Shown: positions 22,178-35,300 of the stretch, in pieces
Numbering within the stretch: the first letter of the stretch is position 1
How the letters are laid out: each line of letters starts with the position of its first letter
The notes under the pieces: model-generated
What the model saw: the letters and a program-made list of their open reading frames with translations, nothing else
Told to the model about the DNA's origin: nothing
Databases searched by the model: none
Assembly (NCBI GenBank): GCA_019828565.1
Contig: JAHDYR010000012.1
Span: 1,669,780 to 1,733,779, forward strand
Direction: 5' to 3'
Source: Carpediemonas membranifera BICM
Lineage: Eukaryota; Protista; Fornicata
DNA length: 64,000 bases
Made by a program: the position numbers and the translations under genes

Positions 22178-23133
22178 ATGGCCTATGGGATTGAGACGCG
22201 AATACGTTTTGGTCTTATGATGGACCAAGGGGCCTCCGAGAAAGATATAATGAAGCAACTCGGCATAATAAGCCGGTCAACAGTCACACGTTGGAAACGG
22301 TTGTACTATACGCACCAAGGAACGATCAAGAAGCGGAAGCGGGAACACAAATCGACGATGAAGCACGACAAGTTGATAATGCGAGCTGTTGCTAGGTGCG
22401 AGGATGAAGACAGACAGTTCACTGCTGCTGATCTTCGAGGCATGCTAGCAGGCTGGGTAGAAGACCCTCCCTCCGTATCTCACCTCCGCCGCTGGCTCAA
22501 GAAGCACCGCTACAACTACAAGCTGGGCCTCAAGATGTGGTATGAGAGCGACCCCACACGTATCGGTGAGTTCTGGGCCGAGTACGCCACGGTAATCCGC
22601 CCTCAGCACGCGTTCAAAGATCTTGTCTTCTTAGACGAGACCTCCTTCGACCCCCATCAGGCACGAACCAAGGGGTGGATGGCCGTGGGCGACTCGGTGA
22701 GCAGGGCCAGCGGGAAAGTTGTGGGCAATCGCGTTTCAGTATGCGCCCTCCTCGGCGTAAATGGGATCATAGACCGGGCTATCACCGAGGGAACGTACAA
22801 CGCGGACGACTTCTTTACTGTTCTACGTCGCTTCTTAGAGCGTATCCGCGGTCAGCACAAGGTCATGGTGCTCGATAACGCACGGAGTCATAAGACGGGA
22901 CGCGCTGAGCTGTATGAGCCACTGAGCAAGGAGTACGGAGTAACCTTCTTCTTTCTACCTGGCTATGCTCCTTTTTGAACCCCATTGAGACAGTGTTTGC
23001 CTGTGTGAAGAGAGAAGTGATCAAAAACCGTGGCAGGAACGAAGATGCCCTGCCATACATCACCGAAGCCTTCGATAGCGTGTCAGAACTTGTCAACTTG
23101 CCCGCATTGTTCCGTAAAGTGGGGTATTGGTAA
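22178..23133 (+). CDS. IS630/Tc1-type transposase (DD37E spacing), one frameshift in a T-run at ~22975
   Basis: N-terminal HTH (ISRSTVTRW), VFLDET, VLDNARSH, and LPGYAPF/LNPIE once the frame is restored. I count 37 residues between the second D and E. Confidence 0.85.
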
Positions 23134-23225
23134 ACGTGCAGTTTATGTCATCACCTCCAAGGCGCCATACACGGACCATGGGCAACACTGAGGATAATAA
23201 ACGATCAAGAGGTGCAACCAAAGGT

Positions 23226-23696
23226 TTATTCTTCCACGTCGTCTTCCTCTGTACCGTCCAACCCAGACGCATCCAGCGCCTGAGATGCTGAGACAGTACT
23301 GACGCGACCAGCTGCCAGGCGCCTGTTGTGTAGCCACGTATAGAGATCAGCTACTGCTTCAGTAGGCACAGGAACATGCACGAAGCTTGCGTCGACTGGA
23401 AGAGCCGGTGGTGATGATACAGAGATGAAGGACCCGGATGACTGGGATGATGAACGGCTGTATTCGCGATGCGAAAGGCCCATTGGAATCTCAGTCATAT
23501 CTGCCTTGTCGAGGATAACTTGAACCGCCCATGAAGCGATTCTCTCAACCGGAAGGCGCTTCGCTGTCCCATTCGCCGTCAGTATGTCTCGCATTGTCCC
23601 AAAAATGCTACACCCACCATCTAGCTTGTTTTTAAGGGTAACAAGCGGGCAGGTTCCGGCGTGATGGCCTGTTGCGCGGCATATAGTACAAGGCAT
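23226..23696 (-). CDS. Second, convergent transposon ORF with N-terminal CCHC zinc knuckle
   Basis: MPCTICRATGHHAGTC fits C-x2-C-x4-H-x4-C. It lies wholly inside the TIRs and is followed on its own strand by TAAACTGCA. Confidence 0.65.
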   Translation of the reverse strand: MPCTICRATGHHAGTCPLVTLKNKLDGGCSIFGTMRDILTANGTAKRLPVERIASWAVQVILDKADMTEIPMGLSHREYSRSSSQSSGSFISVSSPPALPVDASFVHVPVPTEAVADLYTWLHNRRLAAGRVSTVSASQALDASGLDGTEEDDVEE

Positions 23697-23851
23697 TCCA
23701 ACTTTCCTTTGAATGAATCAAAAATCCTTTTGGAATGCGTCATTTAGTTTGGTTCTCACAATATATGATATTAGTTAGTCAAGGAGTTTCTCCTCGACAC
23801 CATTGTGTCGAGTCTTCTCCTCTTGTAAACATAGTTCGTCAAACGAACCAC

Positions 23852-23863
23852 AATACTAGTATT
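23852..23863. promoter_or_regulatory. Palindrome at PBS position of D: AATACTAGTATT
   Basis: Perfect 12-bp palindrome overlapping the 5' LTR end. Confidence 0.85.
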
Positions 23864-23873
23864 CCACGTTTTG

Positions 23874-26800
23874 ATGACGCTCTATAACAATATGCCTATG
23901 CTAAAGAAGACGACCATTGAGTCGTTAGTCCGATTCGCCGAGGATTTGTCCGAGTACCGAGCCAAAGGCGGTGATGCCGACGTTGCCGACATGATTGACA
24001 CCGAAGTCCAACGGTACGCTGACGCTCTCGGCTTTAAACTCTTCGCCAAGGCCTCTGAAGCCATCCCCTCGGCTGAGGCCTCTGTCCCCGTGAACGATGA
24101 AGGTTCACCAGTAGCCGGAACGCCTAAAGACGACGAGCAACCCCTCCAGCAGTCCCTCATCCTAACCGCAGCTGTCCGAAAGACGCACAAGCGTAAGCGC
24201 AAGGCCAAGCGTCTCGCTAAAGACGACCACGTCCTCAAGCGGCTCGGTAGAGCACTGCAACCGTCCCGTTTTTCTGCCCGTCTCGACTTGTTCCGTCTTT
24301 CCATCTCGTCCTTTACTCCGCAGGAGGTGGTTCGAGTGAACCGACGGTTCAGAACCCTCCTCTCCCTTGTTGATCCCGGGGTAGACTCTGAGATCCTCTG
24401 CGACACCTACGCGCGTTGCTTTAAGCTACCCGATAATTCGCGCGTTCAGTACAAGGTTAAGGATCTCACCGAAGGCTTCTCCCTCGAACAGGCTATGCCG
24501 CGGGTGATTGATATCGCTCGCGATATCGAGGAATCCCGTGCCATGCTGCGTTCCATCGGAATGACCGACAAGCAGTCGTCAACCAAGGCTAAGTCGGGCA
24601 AACCCCATCGCGGTCTTCACCACGAACCCACCCATCCCGCCCCCAAGCCAATCGCCAAGCCTCATCATCAGGATAAGCCAGCCGCAAGAGCCCCGAACCA
24701 ACGAGGAGAGGGCAAGCGCGAGCTGGTGTGCTACAACTGCGGCGAGACGGGCCATCCATCCTTCAAGTGCCCGCGGGATCGTGCCACATGCCCGGTTTGC
24801 AAGAAGCAGGGTCACCTCGAGAAGTTCTGCCGTTTTAAGTCCCCAGTAAACGGGGCGAAGTGTTTATTTTCCGCTGCGTCAGGGGGAGGGTCGTTGCCTG
24901 TAGTCAATGGAGTCATCGAGAAGGCCGAAGTGAAGGTCTTACTAGACTCTGGTGCTGACTGTGCCACGATATCTCCCGATCTGTGCTCCTCGCCAGCCGT
25001 TACCAGGATCAACCACGATACTGTACGCATCCAAACGGCAGGTGGAATACGAGAAGCTGAAGGCACCGTATCGGTGCAGATCACGTTGAGGCCATCTCCC
25101 TTCACGCCACGTGGCTGCGAGCTGAAGATCCGCGCCTTCGTTCTCAAAACTGCGTACGAAGTCAGTTTTGGTTACAGCCAGATGGTAGAGATCGGACTGC
25201 TGCCCTCAATGGCCCAGCCTAGCAACTCGGAGAGCGAAGCAACTGACGATCCTCCCGTCCCGAGCAAGTTTGAAGCTAAGGCTCTTACCCTCCCCGATGG
25301 TATCGCGAGCCAGCAGATCAAGCTGCTCAAGGAGTACGAAGACCTCTTCCGTGACCGTACTGAACCGAGCAAGCTCGAGCCCTACGACCTATGCCTCAAG
25401 GGCGATCGAGTCGTCCACGTACGTCCCTACTATGTTCCGCCCCCAAAGGTCCCGGTGCGGCGGCAAACGGAATTCTCTTTACATAAACTGCACTGACTCG
25501 AGCGCCGTCGTGTGTTACCACAACACTCTACCCCCTCGTCTTCTTCCAAGCGAGGGAGTTGTCATGGATGTAGCTGATAACAAATACATTGTCCCAGTTG
25601 TCGGGCCCGTATCTCTCCCAGGTGGGATTGGAATAGCCCACCCATTCTACTAAGATCTCCCGAACGCCACGCTTGATCCGGTGTTTCCGGACGGCTTGGA
25701 CTTGGAACTCTTCTGAGTCTGTCGCGGCCAATCTCCTGCCCTCATCAAGGTCAGGGACGGTGACTCTGCTGAGTCGTGACACATGCACAACCCGCACACT
25801 GTCGTCGACTAGTGAGCCTATCTCGACAGCCTTATGCTCGAGGACTCTTAGTACCTTATAGGGTCCCTTGAGGCCATGTAGCTTCGATTTGTTCACTGGC
25901 CTCTCCAGGACGAAGTCCCCTGCGCTGAGTTGAGTCGCTTCAGTGTCATCCCTAAAGTGCTCGACGGCGAGGTGCTCATCTCGAATGACCTTCACCACGT
26001 CTTCCTGAAGGCGTCGGAGGTTGTCTAGGGCCGTCTTGACGTCCCTAACCACATCAATCTTAGAGGGTGCCGCCGGCGGTGTCCTCCGCAGCTGGCCGAT
26101 CTCCACGTAGCGCCCATACAGGACCTCGTTCGGCGAGAATCCTGTTGCTGTGTGGACAGCACTATTGAGGATGTGTTGAACATATGGCAGGGTCTCTTCC
26201 CACCTGCTGAAGTCGTTCAATGCCAGTGTTAGCCATCTGACGTGTCTCATGACTTCGGCGTTGCGTCGCTCTACCACACCATTCGATTGAGGGTGGTAAG
26301 GCAGTGTCCTACGGTGGAACGTGTGCATGAGTGTTACGAGCTCCGAGATGACGCTGTTCACGTACTCTGGACCGTTGTCTGACTGAATTACTGTCGGCAC
26401 GCCGTGTCGGCAGGCTAGCAGCCAGAGGGCCCTTGCAGCCTGCTGGCCCGTATTGACCTCGGCAGGCATCAGCTCAGTGTAACGACTGAACATGTCGGTC
26501 GCCACGAAGATGTAGTGGAAGCGCGACTCTCCGTGGATTGGTCCGATCGTGTCAATGGAGACGCACTCCCACGGCGCTGTCAGGCCGTCCGTGGTAGAGC
26601 TGTTCGTAGTCTGGATGAAGTCCCGCAGCCTGGTCTTTCTACAGACAATGCAGTCCTTGACATGGTTGGCAACGGCGGTAGCGCGTCCTCGCCAGAATGC
26701 CACATCCTTGAGGGAGCTCATAGTTCCTGATCGTCCACTGTGACGGCGGTGGGCGTACTGGAGGAGCTCGTCCTTCAGTTCCGTCGCGCCTTCAGGTACG

Positions 26801-29800
26801 ATGGGAATGCCTTCGAACTTCCAGATTCCATCACGGTCTCTCGAGTAGCCAGCCCTGACCCAGGTATCTCTCTCTCTCTCGTGCGCTGCTTGCGCCTTCA
26901 TGATTCTCTCGCTCCAGCTTAGCGTCTCCCCCGCTTGGGCTTCTACCCTGGACAGCTGGTCTGCGACTTGATTGTCTCGACCCGCGATGTGGAGGATACT
27001 GAATTTGTAGTCACTCAGTATCAGAGACCACCTCATCAGCTTGTTGTTCAGGTCCCGCTTTCCCATAAGGTACATCAGATTTCTGTGATCAGATCTGATT
27101 GTGAGGTTGTGGTGCAGCTTAAACAGGGGCGACAGGTGACTGCTGGTAAGGCACGCCAGGATGGCGTACAACTCTTGTTCGTACGTACTCCACCGCTGTT
27201 GTGTTTCACTGAAGCTCCCGGCGAAGAAGGAGACAATCTTCCACTTCTCCTCGCTCTGCTGTTGGTAAAGTACACCTCCAAACCCGGTAGCGCTGGCGTC
27301 TGTGTGCAACTCCCACTTCTTGGAAGGGTCAGGGAACGCTAGCGACACAGCCTCTTTCACCTTCAGCTTGAAATTGTCGAACGCCTGCTGGTGCTCACTC
27401 GTCCAACTGACCGGTTGTCCAGGCTGCGAGTCCTTCCTCAGGCGATTCAGGGGGTCAGCACTCTGCTGGAGTCGTCCACAAAGCGCGACACGTAGTTAAG
27501 GGAGCCTAGCGTCCGCTCTAAGGCCTTGTAGTTGGTCGGCGGTGGCATGTCTAGCACTGCCTCGATACGCGATGGGGCTAGTCGTTGCCCTTGCGCGTCC
27601 AGTATGTACCCCACGACCTCAGCTTCGGCTGCCCCTATCGTGCATTTCGGCGCCTTGAGTCGCAAGTTGAATTCGTCAGTTCTCTGGAAGACCCTCTCAA
27701 GGATCTCTAAGAACTCTTCCTTCGAACGAGCGTAAACGAAGATATCGTCGATGTATACTGAGGTCCCCTTGTGTAGCAGTGGGGCATACACCCTGTCCAT
27801 CTCCCGCTGGAAGCGGGATGGGGCATTGGTTAGCCCGAACGGGCAGCGCAAGAACTCCATGTAGTTGTCCGGGGTGATGAACGCTGTCTTATGTACGTCC
27901 TCCTCCGCCATGGAGAGCTGGTAGTACCCTTGACGCAAGTCAAGTGTCGCGTAGTACTTGCACCCTGCGGCCTCTCGCACGAACTCCTGGATGTTCGGCA
28001 GTGGGTAGTGGTCCTTCACTGTGATAGCGTTCAGACTCTTATAGTCTATGCATAATCGGATCTTGTCAGACCCCTTGTGTCCACCCGACACTACTACGAC
28101 TGGGGAGGCAAACGGTCCGACACTCGGTCGCACTATCTCCTCCTTCTCCAGTCTTGCCACCTCCTCTTCCACTAGATGCCTCTTCTGAGCGTTCAAGGGG
28201 CGCGGGCCCACTCGAACTGTGGTGTCCTCAGTCAGCTCTATGGTCATAGGCTTCAGACCGTTGCTCTCCGGGAGGTGTGGGTCGAATATCTGCGCGTATT
28301 TCTCCGCTAGAGTTCTTATCTCGCCAGCTATCTCGGAGTCTGGGATGTTGATGAGGCTGACCTGGTCACTGCCTTCGTCCTCCACTGCACAAGCGAGGTA
28401 CGGGTGGTCGAGCGCGATATCGTCGTCGCCGTCAGTCGCCTGCGAGGGCGTCTGCGGCTTATATATGTGTAGGCCTTCGTCGCTGAGCAGCCCGAGGGCT
28501 CTGAGAGCGCTACATCCGAGGAGCATGCGTCCCGATCCTGGGATCACAAGCATTCGGATCGTGACAATCAGGACGCGCGGTCCGATGTCTGGTAAGGTGA
28601 TCGTGAGCTCTACGGCTGTCTTTCCTGTCACGATGGCCCCTCCCGCGACTCTTACTCTAAAGGTCGGACATGGGATTGTCTTGATGCCTGGGTCGTTCTC
28701 CTTCATCTCTCGTAGTGTGTTCTCGGGGATGAACGGATGAGTGGCCCCAGTGTCCACGACCATGATATAGTCTCTGCCATTTACAATGGCCTTCGTCGTC
28801 AGCGCCTCGTCTCCTGCCTCCATTGCTTCGAAGGGTGCAAGGGTGTGGTCGCCGGTTCTCTTGGGACACAGATTGTCGTAATGCATCTGTCCGCAGTGCC
28901 GGCAAGGGCGCATCTTTCTCTTGCCAGACACAGGCAGCACCGTGGAGGGCGTCTCTGATTTCTGGGTCTGTGGCGCGCTGCCCTTAAGACTGATGTTGTT
29001 ATTAGGAGGCTCGCCCCCGCCGCTCGGGTCGGGGGTTGGTTGAGCCTCCTCGGCCTTGGCAACAGCACGTGCCACCGCAACCAGAGAGGTAAGAGTCTTG
29101 GCCTCGCAGAGCTTGGACTCTAGATCAAGGCGCTCAAAGAGTGCCTTAGGCTTGATTCGCTTAAGGAAGATCTCCCGTGCAACCTTATCGAACTTGTCGG
29201 CGCGGAGGCGCGCGGCCTCTGCCACCGTGAACTGACGTTGGACCGTACGCTTCTTAGCGGTACCGTCTTCGTCGATAAAAGCCTCTTCGGCGGACTTAAG
29301 ACCGTAAAGAGGGATCATGGCTCGAGTCGCGTCGTCATTGAGGGCGACGGTCTCGGCGAGCTCAGCAAGCTCCATGAAGTCAGCGATGAACTCGCGCACG
29401 CAAGTGGTGAGTGGGAGTTTGCTGATCGCTGTAGTGGAGCACTGAAGCTGCTTAAGCTGAGTTTTGAGGGCGCTCAAGCTCTTCGGCATGGACTCCTTCG
29501 TGAGGAAGTCGAAGACTTGTTCTTCGGAGAGATCTTCGGCTCTCTTGAGGCCGTAATGAATCTCAATCTCCTTTTGAAGGGAATCGCACAGTAGTAGAGC
29601 TATCTTGAAGTCAGGATGGCGCGTCTTAAAGACTCTCACTTCACGCTTGAAGGCACGAACGCGTTTTTGCGTAAGATCCTTTGCTTCGATGCTAGGGAAT
29701 GAATAATCGATGCTCAAGCTTACCATTAAGCAAAGTAATTACTTATGCGGCGGCAAACGGAATTCTCTTTACATAAACTGCACTGACTCGAGCGCCGTCG

Positions 29801-32275
29801 TGTGTTACCACAACACCGGTTGTCAAGGAACACATCGATACCCTTCTGGCCAAGAGGTATATACAGGCGTGTCAATCGGCCTATTCCAGCCCAACTATCA
29901 TCGTACCCAAGAAGGGTGGCAAGACTCGCTTTGTCGTCGACTTTCGTGAAGTCAACACCATGACAGAGCCATTTGATTACCCCATCCCTCGAATTGACGA
30001 AGTTATCACACAACTTTCGGGTAAGCGAGTGTTCGCAACGCTCGATCTGTCTGCCGGCTACCACCAGATCGCCCTTACTGAGCGTTGCCGGAAGTATACC
30101 GCGTTCAGGACAACCTTCGGCCAGTTCCAATATACACGGATGCCCTTTGGGTTTCGCAATGCCGGTGCTTTCTTTCAGAGAGCGATGGAAAACGCGTTCA
30201 GAGGGCTACTTGGGACCGCCTGCATCATTTACATCGACGACGTGATCGTCATGGGTGCCACGCCAGAGGAATACATCGAGAACCTGAGGAAGGTCCTCCA
30301 GCGCGCCCGTGAGTACAAGCTCCAGCTCGGAAGGGACAAGTGTCAGTTCGGTCGGGCCGAGGTGGAGTTCCTCGGCTGGATCATTTCCGAGGGGTCAGTC
30401 AGGATCTCACCAGAGAGAGTCAACGATATCCAAGACATGAAGCTGTCGCCTACAGTCAAGGGGATGCAAGGTCTAGTCGGATTCTTTAACTACTTCCGCG
30501 ACTTCGTACCGAACTACGCGACCCGCGCCAAACCACTCGTGTCTGCAACGACTAACCGTACGGCCGTGCCAGAGAAAGAGCTAGAGGCTGCCCTAGCGGA
30601 TATCAAAGAAGCCTTGTGCTCGGCAGATTCTTTGGCGATGTTCGACGCGACCAAACCTCATGTCGTGATGACTGACGCATCCGACGTGGGGTACGGGGCT
30701 GTCCTCCTGCAGGAGGGTCGCCCCGTGTGTTATATGTCCAAAGCCTTCACAGACGTCCAATCCAGATGGAGTGTCGGCGAGAAGGATGCCTTTGCGATTG
30801 TGTCAGCCCTTCAGAAGTGGAGGAAGTTCTTGTCCTGGGAGAGATTCGAGCTCCTGACCGACCATCGCAACCTCTTGTACATGTATAGGTCGAGTAACGC
30901 TAAGGTGCGTAGATGGGCCGATTCTATTGCAGACCTAGATTTCGAATTGAAGCACGTGGCCGGTTTAGACAACGGGGGAGCCGACGGTCTGTCGCGCGTA
31001 TTCTCGCTAGCGTCAGTTGATGAGATCAGCAAAGCCCACCTGTTCGGTAACGCCCACCTCTCCGGACGGTTAACCATGGAACGTTTGCGGGAAGCCGGTG
31101 TTTCAGTTACTCGCCGTGACGTTTACGACTACGTCGCCAAGTGCCCTGTCTGCCAGGTCTTGGAGAGACCGCCTGTTGAAAAAACAGACGGTCTACACAC
31201 GGCTGTGGATGCACCGTTCCAGCGGGTGGCAATCGATACTCTAGGTCCGCTCCCGGGGCGTGACGGCTACAAATACGTCCAAGTCATGATAGACATGTGT
31301 TCCAGGTGGACGGAGCTAGCCCCCGTCAAGTCTACCACCGCACGCGATGCCGTGGATGCCTTCGTCAACACATGGGTGCTGCGTTACGGTTGCCCACGAG
31401 TGCTGCAGTCTGACGGAGGTCCCGAGTTCAATAATGCTCTCATGAAGAAGCTGGCACAGGACATGGGGTTCGAGACACACGTTACCACCGCGCATCACCC
31501 TCAGTCCAACGGAATGGTTGAGAGAGCTAACCAGATGGTCGAGAGAGTGCTCAAGGCAAGGAAGTTTGAGCTCAGAAACGGCAATTGGCGTCAGCATTTA
31601 CCGGTTGCGCAGTTTATTGTCAATTCCATGCCAAGACAACCAACACGCCTTTCCCCCGCCGAGAAACTGTTCGGGAGCAACATGGCGGTGCCGGAGAAGT
31701 TATACGTTACCGAGAACAGCACGGCAGCAGCTCGTACGTCGCATCTCCTCGCTGCCGAAGCCGCTACACAATTGGCCAAGGCACGTGTCCTGGCCATGCG
31801 CGAAGACGCGTTGGCGAAGGCCTCCACCACCCGCACGGAGATCTTGTCACGGTTTGTGCTCGTGAAATATCCCTCGCGCCCTCCAAACAAGCTTTCCCCG
31901 GGCTGGAGAGGGCCTATGCGACGAGTGTCGTCTGTCAAGCAGAGCGGTGTTGTAGTAGCCTACATGGTGAAAGACTTAGGTCAGCCCGGAGCGGAACCCA
32001 TCCGGGTCGATGCGTCTCGCGTCAGAAAGTTCGTCCCCGGCACCCTATCAGAGGAACAGATCAAGCAGGTGGCGGCCGCCGGCGTGGAGGAGTGGTATAT
32101 CGACCGGATATCCAAGTCGCGTGGCACGGGCTCGGTCTCAAAGAGAGAGTACCTTGTCCATTGGCAAGGATTTGAAGACTCCGAGGCTACCTGGGAGCCA
32201 TACCGCTCCCTTAGAGACGCTGCTGCTCTGGATGACTTCTTGTCGTCTGCTCAGGCCAAGTCGGAAGGGTTGTAA
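23874..32275 (+). CDS. D Gag-Pol single ORF interrupted by E (23874-25455 + 29820-32275)
   Basis: Joins in frame across TSD CCGG (PKVP-VVKEHIDTLL). 2x CCHC, LLDSGA, YIDD, integrase, chromodomain HWQGFEDSEATWEPY. Confidence 0.9.
25456..29815 (-). mobile_element. Element E: chromodomain Gypsy element, 70-bp LTRs; gag-pol 29726-25528 with one frameshift at ~27450
   Basis: Identical LTRs at 25456-25525 and 29746-29815. TSD CCGG. CRHCGQMHYDNLC, VDTGA, YIDD, EWVGYSNPTWE. Confidence 0.93.
29733..29744. promoter_or_regulatory. Palindrome at PBS position of E: AAGTAATTACTT
   Basis: Perfect 12-bp palindrome 1 nt from the 5' LTR end. Confidence 0.85.
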
Positions 32276-32318
32276 ACCCTCCTATTCTCATCTCGCCTGA
32301 TTTATTGTTGATTAGTTG

Positions 32319-35300
32319 TTAGAGTCGGCGGCCCCGACCAGCGAAGGCAGGTCCAGTACTGCGCGGTTCAACCCCGTGACGAGCAAGGTGCGCTACCACT
32401 TCAGGCAATTCTAGCAACTCCGGCGTCGGGTACGACCGTGTCACAAACCTGTAGTCTTCCCATTTCAACGTGAGGAGTCGACCACCCGGGCCATTGCGAC
32501 TGCCAACAACTCGTTCCAGTCGATAAGTACGGAGCTCATCAGTGAACTGGAGCCCTCCGTCGCCCGTAGTCATGAGTACCGGTACCCACTGTGGATGGGC
32601 TTTGAATACCCGCATGACCAAGCGGAATCGCTTCTCCATCTCCGGTATATCAGAGGACCGGTAGCAAGCCTCTTGAAGCAAACCATAGACTCCCGGGAAG
32701 ACGGCTGACGTTGTCGGTGGGAAACATTTTAATCTCGACACAATGGTGTCGTAATCATCAACTGATTAAATGATAAGGAGTCTACGACATCCTGCTCCTC
32801 CCCCGCTCCGAGGTGTTCAACGGCTTCCATCGAATCCTATGTTGCCGGAGGTAGTCGGAAATTGGGCCGACCTTGGCATTGTCGCGTGTCAGTGGTTCCC
32901 ATGTCGGTCTGGGTGTAGCCCTCCCACTTAATGAGTAGGGTGTGGTCTCGAGTGTTGTGCTCAAGTACTTGTTCTACAATGTATCTCTCGTCGTCGGAGG
33001 CGGCATACTGTCTCGCCAACTCCAGGGAGATGTCAGGGCAGAGGGCAATCTTGTCCAGATGCGTGAATTGCCTCTCGTCATTGAGTAGGGACGCTACTTC
33101 AACAGCGTTGTTGCTGTGGATTGCGTGAACCTTGAATGGGCCGAGTAGGCCGTGCAGCTTGTGCTTGACAGCTGGTTTGATGAACACTAGGTCACCTGAC
33201 CTAATAGCTGGGCGTGTTGGGGCAGGGCCCAGCCTCTCCTCCCTCTTGTTGCACTGAGTTATAACCTTGTCCAGATTGTCCTGGACGTGAGCTAGTCGAT
33301 CGAGATATTGCGCGATATCGGGTCTCTCTAGCGCCGCTTGTTGATTTCTGACCAGACCGATCTCTGCTCGGCGGCCGTAGACGACCTCGTGCGGCGATAC
33401 GCCGAGCTTCGTGTGTGTTGATGTGTTCAAGATGTGCTGGACGAAGGGGAGGAGTTGGCTCCACTCTCCATAGCCGTCCATAGCCAGCGCCAGCCATCTG
33501 AGGTGACGTCCGACTTCCGCGTTCCGGCGCTCGACCACCCCGTTACTTTGAGGATGGTATGGCAACGTCCGCTGGTGGTGCGCTCCGAGCTGTTCAATCA
33601 GGAGGCTCACGACCTGATTAACATACTCTGTTCCGTTGTCACTCTTGATGTAGCTTGGGATGCCGTGGCGGGTGACGGCCAGCCATATGGCGTCGACCGC
33701 GCTCTGGGCATTGTTTGCGGTTGCCGCATGCAGCTCTGTGTAGCGTGTGTAGAGGTCCGTGATGACGTAGATGTACTTGGCCCCATACGCGTCCTCCGAC
33801 AGCGGTCCCACCGTGTCGATGGCTATGGTGTTCCAGAACGAGTCTTGAATGGTGCGCCCCTCTGGGGCTGACAAGAACTGCTTGAGCCTTGTCTTGGCAC
33901 AGGTGGGGCACTGCTGGACGAAGTTGCTCACGTCTCTAGCGCGGCCGGGCCACCAGGCGACCTCGGCTACCCGTTGAAGCGTATCAGCTCTGCCGCCATG
34001 TCTGCTGTGGGCGGCTTTGATCAGCTTGTGTCGTAGCGCTCTGGCGTCTTTGGGGAGGACGGGGACGGCATCCTTCACCCAGGTGTTGTTGTTGATGGTG
34101 GCACCAGCGCGTCGCCAAGAATCCTTCTCCTCTTGGGAGGTGTTCTTTTGAGCAGAACTAATCTCATCGTTCCAATCTGTAAGCTCCACGGCTAGTGCGT
34201 CGATGCGGGACATCAAGTCCGCGGTCTCGTTATCAAGACCGGCGATATGTTCGATTGTATACTGATAATCCGATAGTAACAGCAACCAACGGAGGATCTT
34301 ATCGTTCTTAAGCTTCTTCTGATCAAGATACACAAGGTTCTTGTGATCAGTCTGAATTGTCAGATTTGGGTGAATCCTGAAGAGCTGGCCAAGATCTGGT
34401 CTGGTCAGGCAGTGTATGATTGCGAACAGCTCCTGTTCGTAGGTACTCCACCTTGTCTGAGTCTTGTTGAAGGATCCCGAGAAGAACGAGACTATCTCTT
34501 GGCGTCCGTCGTCCCCCTCCTGAGTGAGGATGCCACCGAATCCTATATCTGAGGCGTCCGTCTGGAGCACCCACTTCTTGTTGAGGTCCGGATGGACCAG
34601 TACTAGGTACTTCTCGAGGCGTCTCTTGAACTCGTCAAGTGCCTCATCATGAATCGATGACCAAATGAAATCGGCGCCATCGGTGGCCGACCGCAAGTCA
34701 TTGATGGGAGATAGTACTCTACTAGCGTCAGGAACAAATTTCGCTACGTAGTTCAGCGAACCACACATTGAAAGAAGTCCTTTCTTCGTCGTTGGCGTTT
34801 TCAGGGCATGGATTCCCTCCACGCGTTCCTTGCTTAGCTTTAGGCCCTCTGTATTACAGATGAAGCCTAGCATCTCCACCTCCTCCACGCCAATCTTGCA
34901 TTTCGGCGCTTTGAGCCGGAGGCGTTGTTCCTTGCAGATATCAAGGACGTTGTGCAGCCGTTCTAGGAACTCCTCCTTCGTGCGGCCATATATCATGACA
35001 TCGTCGATGTAGATAGCCACGCCGTGGTGTAGCTCCTTCGCGAAGGCCTTCTCCATACATCTCTGAAAGTGTGATGGGGCGTTGCAGAGGCCAAACGGGA
35101 GTCTCTCGAACTCCTCGTACGCATCCGGGGTGATAAAGGCGGTCTTGGGAATGTCCTCCTCCTTAACCTTGACTTGATAGTAACCTTGTCTCAGGTCGAG
35201 ACTGGCGTAGTACTCTGCGCCTGCGGCTTCCCGCAGGTACGCCCTGATGTCAGGTAGCGGGTACCTATCCCGCTTCGTGTGACGGTTGATGACGGTGTAG

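Larger units (their letters stand above)
22112..23761 (+). mobile_element. IS630/Tc1/mariner-superfamily DNA transposon (1650 bp) inserted in the 5' LTR of D
   Basis: TA duplication. Imperfect 29-bp TIRs (23/29 identical, inner TAAATGACGCATTC perfect) at 22112-22140 and 23733-23761. Encodes a DDE transposase. Confidence 0.9.
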
